Shown piece after piece: positions 54,939-64,000 of a stretch of DNA of 64,000 nucleotides. A program made the translations under genes and the position numbers. A model generated the notes under the pieces. That model had not been told where the DNA came from. It saw nothing but the letters and a program-made list of their open reading frames with translations, and ran no database searches. The first letter of the stretch is position 1; each line of letters begins with the position of its first letter. This DNA comes from an uncultured Candidatus Saccharibacteria bacterium (GTDB lineage: Bacteria > Patescibacteriota > Saccharimonadia > Saccharimonadales > UBA7683), in NCBI GenBank assembly GCA_964397855.1, contig CAYNKQ010000002.1:3884-67883 (forward strand), read 5' to 3'.

Positions 54939-55904
54939 ATGGATCAACAGAATCAAGCATCAAATATAGAAGAAGCACCCCGTCCTCCCGTAGTAGAGGT
55001 TCCTGCGGTGAAGCACGAAGCAACAGCTGGCCAACTTATTCTGGGCTGGTTAACTTATGCTTTGTGGGGCTGGACGGTCCTAGCACTAAGCATATTGCTG
55101 ACTACTGTTATAGCGAACTTGGTTTCTGGCGCAGACACCAGTAGTTTTACTCCGTATGGTATTGCTGCAGTCATAGTGCTACTACCGATTGCTGCAGTCT
55201 GCGATTACTTCTATTCCAAACACGAACAGAACAAGAAAACTGGGGGCTCACTGATAATTATGGTGATCCACGCGGTTATTTTTGCGATCTTCTGCATCGG
55301 TTCTTTAATTGGAATGGTTTTTTCAATTGTGCAGTTATTTACTTCAGCCTCTAACACTTCAGCAACAATGACAGCTCTTTACAGTACATCAATCACAGCG
55401 ATTCTATACGGTGCAGCATTTGTTAGAACACTCAACCCCACAAAACCACGTTTCATCAAAAAAGCTTTTATGGTTTTTATGATCATCGTAACAATGGTGG
55501 TGGTAGTTCTGGCTATCATTGGACCAGTAAGTTACGAGCGTTCTACGAGAGACGACCGACTTATAAGCGAAAATATTTCGTACCTTCAGCAAGCTATTGA
55601 CACTTATGCCAGTGATAACGGTAACTTACCGGCTCAGCTGTCAGACCTACAAACCACTGGCGACGCAACTAAACTCATAAAGAATGGCTTGGTAAGATAT
55701 ACTGCACATACGCAGGCTGCTACCAGTCGTTCTTTAAGTTATAGTTCAGGTACAACAAAAACGTTTTATTACGAATTTTGTGTGGATTATAAAAAACGCA
55801 GTGGTACATCATATGACTCAAACGCCGACTACACCAGTTATATTTCAGCATATTCACACCCTGCTGGAGAGGTTTGCTACAAGCTTAAGACCTCAGCTTA
55901 CTAG
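54939..55904 (+). CDS. Polytopic membrane protein with a pilin-like C-terminal domain (hypothetical)
   Basis: 321 aa. About 6 TM helices, then ISENISYLQQAIDTYASDNGNLPAQLSDL, which resembles the region after the alpha-1 helix of pseudopilins. Weak. Confidence 0.55.
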   Translation: MDQQNQASNIEEAPRPPVVEVPAVKHEATAGQLILGWLTYALWGWTVLALSILLTTVIANLVSGADTSSFTPYGIAAVIVLLPIAAVCDYFYSKHEQNKKTGGSLIIMVIHAVIFAIFCIGSLIGMVFSIVQLFTSASNTSATMTALYSTSITAILYGAAFVRTLNPTKPRFIKKAFMVFMIIVTMVVVVLAIIGPVSYERSTRDDRLISENISYLQQAIDTYASDNGNLPAQLSDLQTTGDATKLIKNGLVRYTAHTQAATSRSLSYSSGTTKTFYYEFCVDYKKRSGTSYDSNADYTSYISAYSHPAGEVCYKLKTSAY

Positions 55905-56300
55905 GTTAATCTGGGTTGTAAAATCAGTATATTCTGGCATACCGTTGAAATAAGAATAGTCGACTACTCCTACAGCCGCAGCAGCTTTGACTGATGCTGT
56001 GATTCGATTTACAAGAGAACTGCGTATGATCTCCTAAATCTTCACTTGATATAGACAAAGCAGCCGATACCCCTAAGTTGATTGCTACCGAGCCAGACTT
56101 TGCCTCGCCGGCTTACAAGTTCATCCGCCCCAAGTATCGTGCCAGGATCAGCATGAATAACAGCCCGAAGAGTTTAATTCCAACTGGATAACCACCTACT
56201 ATTTACCGTGATGAATGGAACCGTGTGCCCCATCACCTGTTGCGTGGGTTCAAAGTGCTCCCTCTGTAGCGCTTCCTGCTATATCAATCGGTATAAACAT
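55893..56300 (-). pseudogene. Possible decayed gene downstream of ftsK (four frame-shifted fragments)
   Basis: Minus strand: MFIPIDIAGSATEGAL* / EHFEPTQQVMGHTVPFITVNSRWLSSWN* / TLRAVIHADPGTILGADELVSRRGKVWLGSNQLRGIGCFVYIK* / EIIRSSLVNRITASVKAAAAVGVVDYSYFNGMPEYTDFTTQINLVS*. The fragments look protein-like but are split across three frames. Confidence 0.3.
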
Positions 56301-56323
56301 ATGACGGCTAGTGGGTAAAGAGC

Positions 56324-58540
56324 CTACAGCTGCTCAGATTTTTCCTCATTTACAGCCTGTTCGCCACCGCCAAACACGTCGTCCATGCTAGAAACAAGCA
56401 CATCGCGCGGCCGAGCGCCATCGGCTGGGCCAATGATACCTTGTTCTTCCATGTCTTCAATCAAGCGAGCAGCACGAGCATAGCCAACACGTAGACGACG
56501 TTGGAGTAGGCTGGCCGAGGCTTTGCCACTTTCTATTACACAGTTAACGGCATCTTTAAACATTGCATCGTCTGAGCCACCATCCATGTCCATAACAAGT
56601 CCTCCCTTGGCACTAATCTGAACAGGCTGGGTAACAACTTCATCATTATAGTCTGGAGGGCTCTGCATTTTGATAAAGTCTGTCACCTTCATGATCTCAG
56701 GATCATCCAAGAACGCAGCTTGAACACGTCGAGGTTTTGGATGCGCCGCAGTAGTAATAAGTAAATCACCCTTGCCCAGCAACTTTTCGGCACCCATCTG
56801 GTCAATGATAGTCCGTGAATCAATTTGTGAAGCTACTGTGAAGGCGATACGAGCCGGGATGTTGGCCTTAATAAGACCGGTGATGACATCTACCGAAGGG
56901 CGCTGCGTGGCGAGTACAAGATGAATACCAACGGCACGTGCCTTCTGGGCGATACGTACAATCAACGCTTCAACATCTCGAGCTGCTAGCATCATCAGGT
57001 CAGCAAGCTCATCAATTACAATCACAATGTACGGCATGTGATCTTCTTTATTAGCTTCATTGAAACCTTGAATGTTGCGCTTTCCCTTTTCGGCGAGCAG
57101 AGTATAGCGTCGTTCCATCTCATTGACTGCCCACTTCAGTGCAGAAATACACTTTTCAGGTTCTGTAATAACAGGTGTTAGTAGGTGTGGGATATGGTTA
57201 TATGGCGTAAGTTCCACTTGCTTTGGATCAACCAGAATCAGTTTGAGGTCAGCCGGAGAATTTCGGTACAGCATGCTTGTAAGCAGGGTATTAATCATTA
57301 CAGATTTACCAGAACCAGTCTGACCGGCTACAAGAAGATGCGGCATAGTATCGAGCTCACCCACTACACCGTTACCTGATATGTCTTTGCCAATAGCAAA
57401 CCCGAGCGGTGAACCACTACCCTTCCAGGCATTGGTCTCGAGAATACTTCTAAGCGAAACCATGGCGGCCTTTTTGTTTGGCACTTCAATACCCACGGCT
57501 CGTTTTCCAGGAATTGGTGCTTCAATACGAATAGCTTCGGCACCAAGACTTAATGCTAAGTTACCGTCAAGTGAAGAAAGCTTTGAAAGACGCACACCAG
57601 CAGGTGGCTTGAGTGTGTACTGCGTGACTTTTGGCCCAACATTGGCTTCTTCCATCTCAACGTTGATCTTGAAGTCCTGCATTACATCTTTAATGACCTG
57701 GGCGTTGTGTTTAATGTCACCAGCGTCGGCTTTGCTCTGCTTGTTGCTTAGCAGATCAAGTCCTGGCAAGTTCCAGTTTGGATCGCTCGCCATAGTCAAC
57801 GCTTCTTTGCTTTCTTCAACTTTATCTTGCGCTACAGAATTACGTAGCGTTGAGAGTCTTGAAGATTTTGGCTCTTCTTTGTCTTCATCTTCTGCCAAGA
57901 GTCCACCTGTGTTGAGTTTTAGTTCTGGAGTCTCACGTTTAACGGTAGGGGTTTCTTTTGCCTGCTGCTGCAAACCGTCTTCAGGTTGATCTCGCTTAAA
58001 CGTGTCGAAGAACGCTTTAAATACGTCTCTGATTGGGATTTTAAATACAAATAATGCCGAGAGGAGTATCAGTGCAAACAACACAACTCCGGCAGCAATA
58101 TTACTCAAGAATCCTCTTAAAAATTGATCGAGCGCAGCACCAACCATACCCCCACCCTGCCCATTGCTTACGGCAACTGTAGAATTAACTGGATCAACAA
58201 ACAGATGTATGAAGCTACTTAGGCTAGCCATGAAAACAAAGGCTCCAATATACACGCCCATTGGCAATCTGTTCTTTTCAGAAATCATCTTTTGTACCGT
58301 CAAGACAAGTAGCACGAGCGGAAGAACGAATGCACTATAACCAAAAACGCTACGAGTAGCGTCAAACAAGCCTTTTGGCATTGGGCCAGCAAGATTAAAG
58401 ATAGCTAGCGTCAATAAGATCGCGGTTAAGCCGATAACAATACTAACGACCTGCTGCCACCACCCACTTGGCAAGATGTGTTGAGTTTTTGGTGGACTCT
58501 TTTTAACAGACTTCTTGGTGGATTTTTTCTTTTTTGCCAT
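56324..58540 (-). CDS. ftsK: DNA translocase FtsK/SpoIIIE
   Basis: 738 aa. 4-5 N-terminal TM helices. HLLVAGQTGSGKSVMINTLL, YIVIVIDELADLMM, C-terminal gamma wHTH ASASLLQRRLRVGYARAARLIEDME. Confidence 0.92.
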   Translation of the reverse strand: MAKKKKSTKKSVKKSPPKTQHILPSGWWQQVVSIVIGLTAILLTLAIFNLAGPMPKGLFDATRSVFGYSAFVLPLVLLVLTVQKMISEKNRLPMGVYIGAFVFMASLSSFIHLFVDPVNSTVAVSNGQGGGMVGAALDQFLRGFLSNIAAGVVLFALILLSALFVFKIPIRDVFKAFFDTFKRDQPEDGLQQQAKETPTVKRETPELKLNTGGLLAEDEDKEEPKSSRLSTLRNSVAQDKVEESKEALTMASDPNWNLPGLDLLSNKQSKADAGDIKHNAQVIKDVMQDFKINVEMEEANVGPKVTQYTLKPPAGVRLSKLSSLDGNLALSLGAEAIRIEAPIPGKRAVGIEVPNKKAAMVSLRSILETNAWKGSGSPLGFAIGKDISGNGVVGELDTMPHLLVAGQTGSGKSVMINTLLTSMLYRNSPADLKLILVDPKQVELTPYNHIPHLLTPVITEPEKCISALKWAVNEMERRYTLLAEKGKRNIQGFNEANKEDHMPYIVIVIDELADLMMLAARDVEALIVRIAQKARAVGIHLVLATQRPSVDVITGLIKANIPARIAFTVASQIDSRTIIDQMGAEKLLGKGDLLITTAAHPKPRRVQAAFLDDPEIMKVTDFIKMQSPPDYNDEVVTQPVQISAKGGLVMDMDGGSDDAMFKDAVNCVIESGKASASLLQRRLRVGYARAARLIEDMEEQGIIGPADGARPRDVLVSSMDDVFGGGEQAVNEEKSEQL

Positions 58541-58630
58541 TACAGGAGTAGTATACCATAAGCATTAACAATTTACAACATATTTATCGCAACTTTATCA
58601 AACACTTCGTGCCGTGCTTCTTGATTATAC

Positions 58631-59119
58631 TCAGAAGTTACATTCAGCCAGACTCTCTTTGGTCTCTGAGCTTACCACTGGCGCTTGTTTCGTTAACGGA
58701 ACGACAGCGTACGCTACTATCGGTGTAATCACTTGGGTTCTGGCACAGCCCTTCGCAGGCTGAGTAATAATCACGTTAGCCGCGTTGTCGTCGATACTTA
58801 CTTCTATCCGAAAACCGGGTGTTGGCGACTGATAAATGAACGCTAAAAGTGTTTGGGTCTCGTAGTCAACAGGCGGCACCGGCGTATCCACTTGGACATT
58901 GTGGGTCTTAAGTACTTCGGTGAGTTGCTGGGCGCTCTGGATAACATTGGTTGAAACTTTTGGTTGCTCTGGCGATACTTTTTCTTCAACCCTAGCCTCT
59001 GATTGTTTTTGCTCCAATTGAGAGTTGTCGGTACTGAAGTTAACCATGTATACCACACCCACTAAAGCCAGTAGAATTATCGCTAAAACGAGTGCAACTA
59101 GCTTATTTTGCCTGCTCAT
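58631..59119 (-). CDS. Membrane-anchored PrcB-like protein (putative protease partner)
   Basis: I place the start at ATG 59119 (MSRQNKLVALVLAIILLALVG). The C-terminal SPTPGFRIEVSIDDNAANVIITQPAKGCARTQVITPIVAYAVVPL resembles the PrcB C-terminal domain. Lies directly downstream of the S8 peptidase. Confidence 0.5.
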   Translation of the reverse strand: MSRQNKLVALVLAIILLALVGVVYMVNFSTDNSQLEQKQSEARVEEKVSPEQPKVSTNVIQSAQQLTEVLKTHNVQVDTPVPPVDYETQTLLAFIYQSPTPGFRIEVSIDDNAANVIITQPAKGCARTQVITPIVAYAVVPLTKQAPVVSSETKESLAECNF

Positions 59120-59126
59120 ATCTCTA

Positions 59127-60890
59127 TTATACGCGCCTATGGGCACGGCGAACAAATAGTGATCTATTGAGCAAGATAAGGAGCACCAGACTTAGCGTAA
59201 TGATAGCCATAGATCTGAGGGCCTTGACCATTCCGGTATTGGGCACACCTGGAATCCAAGCTGTGTCATCAGGCGTTTCATTGGTAGGCGGGGTCACCGG
59301 TGGCGTAACCGGAGTCTCAGGCTGCTCGGCAAACGTACCGGCTACGGCTAGAGCAGCGTCTATATCAACGCGCTTATGGTCAAGAGCGGTGTATCCAGCC
59401 CTATCCTCGGGCACTGTCACACCGGTAGACTTAAGACCGGCCAGAATACCATCAACAGAAGCATTCGGAGCTTTCTCACGAATTACCGCCCATGCACCTG
59501 CAACCACTGGAGATGCAAATGATGTACCAACATTTATAGTGTATTGGTCATTGAGCACAGCTCCCGGTGTAGCTAAAAAGAATCCGCCATCTTTATGAGG
59601 GGCCGATAGGCTCATATCACCCCCAGGTGCGACTAGGTCTGTAAGTGGTCCTGCGTTTGAGTAAGAAGCCAGGTGATCATCGGCAGTAGTTGCAGAAACT
59701 CCTACTACATTGCTCAGACACGCTGGTGAACTAATTTTGTTCTGGTTTCCCGATATGGCCCCAGAATTCCCCGCGGCAACAATAGTTGCGATATTTGCAG
59801 CCTTAAGGGTAGCGGCCGATGCGTTCATTGCAGCAAAAGTAGCACCACCGTGCGTATCACAACCCGATTGCGTCTCAGTGAAGAAGTTTGGGTCACCGAT
59901 ACTTACGTTAACTGCAGCAATCGGAATATTGATGGCATTAGTGTTATGAATCTCAATCACCCTGTTAAGTCCTGCCAGAACTAGAGAAAAGAGAGGTGCG
60001 TAACAAACTTGAGTTTGATTGCTGGGGTTACCACATTGATCTGGCTTGCCAGAAACCTCAGTAATTTTTGCCACACTTTGTATAGCAATGATCTTACTCC
60101 CCTTCGCAATTCCAGATGCATTGACAGGATCACCGCCAATAGTTAGTCCTGGATGAGGTTGCATTGCAATTACCCCAGAGACCATTGTGCCATGATCGCA
60201 TTCTGCCGCACAGGGTGGCACCGCGCTTCCGGTGGCCGTACTCTCTAGGGCACCCCCTGGACAAGTACTTGAGATAATCACACTTGGATCTATTGAGTCC
60301 GGTAGCGACTGCTCTACCCCATAACATGCCTCGCTGATCACAGACCCAGCAAGATCAGGATGTGTTTTATCTACGCCAGTATCGATTACAGCCACAGCAA
60401 AACCAGCACCAGTAAAATTACTCGTACCATCCGTAAAACCAGTCTGATAGCTACCCCCAGCAACGTCTGGCACTATCTGAAAGTCAATTGCCGAAGTTTT
60501 TAAGATCACATCGTCAACAACAGAAATAACATTTGGATTAGCTTTGAGAGAGGCTTCCCCCTCTGCATCCACCAAGAAGACAGCATAGGGCAATTGAGAA
60601 TATGAACGAGTTAGTTTCTTATAGCCAGCTGAGTATTCCATTGCGCCCGTTAGCCACTGTTGGCGCTGAGCAATCTCAGCAACTTGCAGCTGAACAGATT
60701 CAGGAGACTCGGGCTTAACTGGTTCGCCCCTAAACTGCACTATTACACTTTTAACAGCACCAGTTGGCGCCTCTGCTGCACGAACCTTTTTAAAACTTAA
60801 GACCACGTTAAACGACTGAAAAACTATGATACCCACTAGTAAAAGACTTACCGATCGTTTGGCGAGAGAATGCTTCGTTCGCTTTTTCAT
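59127..60890 (-). CDS. Subtilisin-family (S8) serine peptidase with a C-terminal sorting-signal-like anchor
   Basis: I place the start at ATG 60890 (AGGGGT upstream). Catalytic triad contexts AVIDTGVD, CDHGTMVSGVIA, GTSFASPVVAGAWA. C-terminus is VPNTG, then a hydrophobic stretch, then RRAHRRV. Confidence 0.88.
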   Translation of the reverse strand: MKKRTKHSLAKRSVSLLLVGIIVFQSFNVVLSFKKVRAAEAPTGAVKSVIVQFRGEPVKPESPESVQLQVAEIAQRQQWLTGAMEYSAGYKKLTRSYSQLPYAVFLVDAEGEASLKANPNVISVVDDVILKTSAIDFQIVPDVAGGSYQTGFTDGTSNFTGAGFAVAVIDTGVDKTHPDLAGSVISEACYGVEQSLPDSIDPSVIISSTCPGGALESTATGSAVPPCAAECDHGTMVSGVIAMQPHPGLTIGGDPVNASGIAKGSKIIAIQSVAKITEVSGKPDQCGNPSNQTQVCYAPLFSLVLAGLNRVIEIHNTNAINIPIAAVNVSIGDPNFFTETQSGCDTHGGATFAAMNASAATLKAANIATIVAAGNSGAISGNQNKISSPACLSNVVGVSATTADDHLASYSNAGPLTDLVAPGGDMSLSAPHKDGGFFLATPGAVLNDQYTINVGTSFASPVVAGAWAVIREKAPNASVDGILAGLKSTGVTVPEDRAGYTALDHKRVDIDAALAVAGTFAEQPETPVTPPVTPPTNETPDDTAWIPGVPNTGMVKALRSMAIITLSLVLLILLNRSLFVRRAHRRV

Positions 60891-60986
60891 TTTAATACCC
60901 CTATACCACACCAATAATATTGTCTTAATTAAACTATAAGCAGATTATTTTCACAAGTTTTACAAAGTCAGATTTTGTAGAATAGG

Positions 60987-61601
60987 CTATCGTTTACGAG
61001 CAATGATCCGGGCACTTTTAAAATTATAGATGTTCTCTTTTTCTTCGTAATACAATATCTCCCAGCCACTATACAGTCTCCTGAGTTCACCCTCCGGAAG
61101 AAGGTAGTTGAAGTAAGTTTGCATAGATTCGTCTTGATTAAGCGGAGCCAGGTCAACATAGGTGCTGATAACATTAAGACCATGACTTTTCGTTTTTGCC
61201 TGGATTCTTTTTATGGAGCTGAGGGTGTCTTTTTGGTTCAAAAAATGGAGCACCATTTCACATACTATAAGATCAAACGTCCCGATGGCACTGAGCGATG
61301 GGAGCGATTCTTCGATGACATCTAGCCCTAAGTGTTTTTTTGTAAGCTTGGTGAGATACGTGATGGCGTCTTTGTTATTGTCAGTTGCCACTACTTCAGC
61401 ACCTTGTCTCAAGAGAACCTTCACTTCGTTTCCAAATCCGGCACCGATATCAAGCGCCCTACCGCCACTAAAGTACTGCAGTGATTTTTCAAAAGTAACC
61501 CTGAGTCCACTTCTGTAAAAATAACCGTTTGATTCAAATTTGCTCTTTTGTGATTTTCTAAGTCCGCTAAGGACTATTAGTCTGTTGAATTTATTTTTCA
61601 T
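60987..61601 (-). CDS. Class I SAM-dependent methyltransferase (TehB-like)
   Basis: 204 aa. RALDIGAGFGNEVKVLLRQGAEVVATDNN, FDLIVCEMVLHFL. Confidence 0.8.
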   Translation of the reverse strand: MKNKFNRLIVLSGLRKSQKSKFESNGYFYRSGLRVTFEKSLQYFSGGRALDIGAGFGNEVKVLLRQGAEVVATDNNKDAITYLTKLTKKHLGLDVIEESLPSLSAIGTFDLIVCEMVLHFLNQKDTLSSIKRIQAKTKSHGLNVISTYVDLAPLNQDESMQTYFNYLLPEGELRRLYSGWEILYYEEKENIYNFKSARIIARKR

Positions 61602-61720
61602 GTTTTCTTTCTTAAAGTTTATTTTTAGACTTATGGCTTAAGTGCAGAGTCCTCAAAGAATTGGCCCGCAACGTCCAGCCCCACAATGGGGTTAAGCTTT
61701 TCTCGGATTCTAAGTAGTCG

Positions 61721-63715
61721 TTAACCTGCAGTATCAGGAATCGGTTTTGGTCGGAAGCTACTCTGGCCGTTAGCGCCAATAACATTCACTACTGGTATGA
61801 GTACTGGGCTACGGCGAGTATGTTCGTAAAGGTAATGACTTACATGATCTTTAAGTTCCACTTTGAAACGATCAAGATCTACACGAGTAAACCGCTGTGC
61901 AGCCGCACGCTTGAGTTCAGCACGGAGACCATCCATAAGCTCGGTGTTATCACGAATGTAGATAAACCCACGAGTGATAATGTCTGGGCTGGTTAGGAGA
62001 CGGCCAGTCTTCTTGTCGATAGTCAGCATCACAACCACCATACCCTCTTCAGACATAAGGAGGCGATCTTTTGCAACAAGCCCCGGTACGATTGCACCAG
62101 TTTGGTCAACAAGAACCGCACCAGCTGGAGCTTCGCCAACCTCAGCCATATTGCCGTCTTTATCAAACTCGAGAATTGAGCCGCTATGAGCCAAGATAGT
62201 TTTGTCTCTCGACATACCCGCTTCAACCGCAAGGTCGGCATGGTAACGACGATCAAGTGCGCCACCGTGGATTGGCAATAGCCAAGTCGGCTTTGTCATC
62301 TCAATCATTTCGCGGTGTTCATCACGATTAGCGTGGCCGGAAACGTGGAGCGGACCGCAGCCGTCAACCTCATGTGAAGGATGACGATATAGCGTTACCC
62401 CTAGGATTGCAAGGTCGTTACCAATTTGTTGGTAGCGGACTTCGTTACCAGGAATTGGAGAAGAGCTCACTACTACGGTATCGCCTTCTTTAAGCTTGAT
62501 ATGCTTGTGCTCACCAACACTCATACGCTGAAGTGCAGCGTTTGGTTCACCTTGGCCACCAGTACAAACAACCACTAATTGGTCATCTTTAACATTCGGT
62601 GCTTCGCGCATTGGCACAACAGTACCCTTTGGTATTTTAAGGTTACCCAGTCGAACAGCAAGTTCGGCTACCCACATCATAGAACGGCCATCAAAAGCCA
62701 CTTTCCTGCCGGCCTCGGCTGCAGAGTTGATGATCATCTGGATACGGTTCATATTGGTTGAGAAAATAGCTACAAATATACGACCATCAGTTTGCTGGAA
62801 TATATCATTAAAGCTTTTTTGGAGTGTGTGTTCGGTTGGGGTCCTGCCCGGGAAGCGGGCATTAGTACTTTCTGACATGAGCACGAGCACACCTTCTTCA
62901 CCGGCTTTTTTCAACCGTTCTACATCTGAAGGCTGCTGATCGAGTGGCTCTGGGTCAAGTCGGAAATCACCCGTGTTGAGTATTCGGCCAACTGGAGTGT
63001 CAATAATAAGTGAAGTTGCGTCAGGAATAGAGTGAGTAATTCTGAGTAACTCAATTGTGAATGGACCTATCACCAATCGTTCGTGGTTGTCCATATTCAT
63101 GTTGATGGTTTCAGGGACAAAATCAATACCGTTTTCAGCCACGTTTTCAAACTGTTTCAAGATCATACCAATCGTGAAGTGGCTACCATAAATTGGCGCT
63201 GGGTACTGGGGTACAATGTACGGCAATCCACCAGTGTGATCCATGTGGCCGTGCGTAATAACGTAGGCACGAATCTTATGCTTGATACTTTCAAGGTAAG
63301 TTGTGGCGGGAATTGCAAAGTTTACACCAGGAAGATCTACAGAAAGATCAAACCCACAGTCAACAATAATCGCGTCATCCGCGTATTCAATTACCATCAT
63401 GTTCTTTTCACCAATACCCGTAAGGCCACCGAGTGGAACTACACGAAGCACTTCGTTATTAGTGATTGGCGCAAAACTGGCCTCCTGCGCATGGTGCTTT
63501 TCAAACACATCCCATCGATCTACTGCTTTATCGGCGGTGTCAAAGTTTCGACGACCAGCACGGATAGCCTCACCGCGGTTTGTCTTCATTTCTGAAATCT
63601 GAACACGTTTTTGGGGTTGGCCATTCTGACCACCTTGCCTACCGTTGTTCTGATATTTATTAGCCTTCTCCCGACGTTCTTCGGGGTTTTTGGGCTGCAT
63701 TCTTGGTTTTACCAT
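61721..63715 (-). CDS. rnj: Ribonuclease J with a ~85-aa basic N-terminal extension
   Basis: 664 aa. VITHGHMDHTGGLPYI (MBL motif), beta-CASP region, VSGHANRDEHREMI. The N-terminus is Lys/Arg/Gly/Gln-rich. Confidence 0.9.
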   Translation of the reverse strand: MVKPRMQPKNPEERREKANKYQNNGRQGGQNGQPQKRVQISEMKTNRGEAIRAGRRNFDTADKAVDRWDVFEKHHAQEASFAPITNNEVLRVVPLGGLTGIGEKNMMVIEYADDAIIVDCGFDLSVDLPGVNFAIPATTYLESIKHKIRAYVITHGHMDHTGGLPYIVPQYPAPIYGSHFTIGMILKQFENVAENGIDFVPETINMNMDNHERLVIGPFTIELLRITHSIPDATSLIIDTPVGRILNTGDFRLDPEPLDQQPSDVERLKKAGEEGVLVLMSESTNARFPGRTPTEHTLQKSFNDIFQQTDGRIFVAIFSTNMNRIQMIINSAAEAGRKVAFDGRSMMWVAELAVRLGNLKIPKGTVVPMREAPNVKDDQLVVVCTGGQGEPNAALQRMSVGEHKHIKLKEGDTVVVSSSPIPGNEVRYQQIGNDLAILGVTLYRHPSHEVDGCGPLHVSGHANRDEHREMIEMTKPTWLLPIHGGALDRRYHADLAVEAGMSRDKTILAHSGSILEFDKDGNMAEVGEAPAGAVLVDQTGAIVPGLVAKDRLLMSEEGMVVVMLTIDKKTGRLLTSPDIITRGFIYIRDNTELMDGLRAELKRAAAQRFTRVDLDRFKVELKDHVSHYLYEHTRRSPVLIPVVNVIGANGQSSFRPKPIPDTAG

Positions 63716-63760
63716 TATATCTTCTCCTTTTTCTTATGAGAGATTTATATTTAATGTTCG

Positions 63761-64000
63761 TTAATTAATTTTGCTGATGATAGCTGGAATTTGACTGAAA
63801 TCATCAAGCAGTGTTTGACGGAGACCGCCGTTATATAGCGCAGCTGCAGGATGGAAAAGCGGCATAATCACCTGTTTTCTATTTCCAAACGTAATACGCT
63901 TCGGTTCACCATGTATGGCACTTATCTTCTGACTAGGAAGAAAGTATTCCATGCTGTGCCGACCCAATGTCACTACCAACTTTGGTTGTATGACATCAAG
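63761..64000 (-). CDS. Uracil-DNA glycosylase family 4-like protein, C-terminal part (gene continues beyond the window end)
   Basis: ...VVTLGRHSMEYFLPSQKISAIHGEPKRITFGNRKQVIMPLFHPAAALYNGGLRQTL. The frame stays open to position 64000. Confidence 0.7.
   Translation of the reverse strand, partial: LDVIQPKLVVTLGRHSMEYFLPSQKISAIHGEPKRITFGNRKQVIMPLFHPAAALYNGGLRQTLLDDFSQIPAIISKIN

Overview
This 64-kb window comes from a compact, gene-dense bacterial chromosome. I call about 90 features. Roughly four fifths of the genes are on the minus strand, and many neighbouring genes overlap by 4-30 nt.

Content:
- Housekeeping genes: gyrB (partial), comM, infC-rpmI-rplT, rpmB, miaA, thrS, tgt, nrdR, ndk, a xerC/D-type recombinase, ychF, tlyA, efp, rpsF-ssb-rpsR, ftsK and rnj.
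- RNA genes: five tRNAs (Pro-GGG, Val-GAC, Thr-CGU, Asp-GUC, Arg-CCU) and an RNase P RNA. The ORF track cannot show these.
- Monoderm-type envelope genes: murT-gatD, uppP, a processive GT2 synthase, and two proteins with LPXTG-type sorting signals.
- A secretin-less type IV pilus locus of about 11.5 kb (pilM-N-O-like, pilB, pilT, pilC, pilA, pilD and four prepilin-like genes). Two uncharacterised genes, including a 778-aa secreted protein, are coupled to its upstream end.

The repertoire and style suggest a reduced-genome Patescibacteria/CPR organism, Saccharibacteria-like. That is inference only; no search was run.

Items worth a second look:
- A candidate T-box leader on thrS. Its UGGA bulge matches the U73 discriminator of the tRNA-Thr in this window.
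- A 133-nt long-hairpin RNA candidate. Its first base coincides with the transcription start predicted from an extended -10 promoter.
- Two unusually long ORF-free gaps (8.35-9.46 kb and 23.23-23.93 kb). They hold a heptamer microsatellite, a long imperfect hairpin and promoter/terminator-bounded mini-transcripts.
- An orphan VirD4/TraG-like ATPase.
- A Nudix-RNase H fusion.
- Leaderless-looking promoters.
- CRP-like operators.

I saw no CRISPR array, IS element, rRNA, prophage or recognisable defence system, and I cannot point to one clearly novel multi-gene system. All protein-family calls rest on motifs read by eye.
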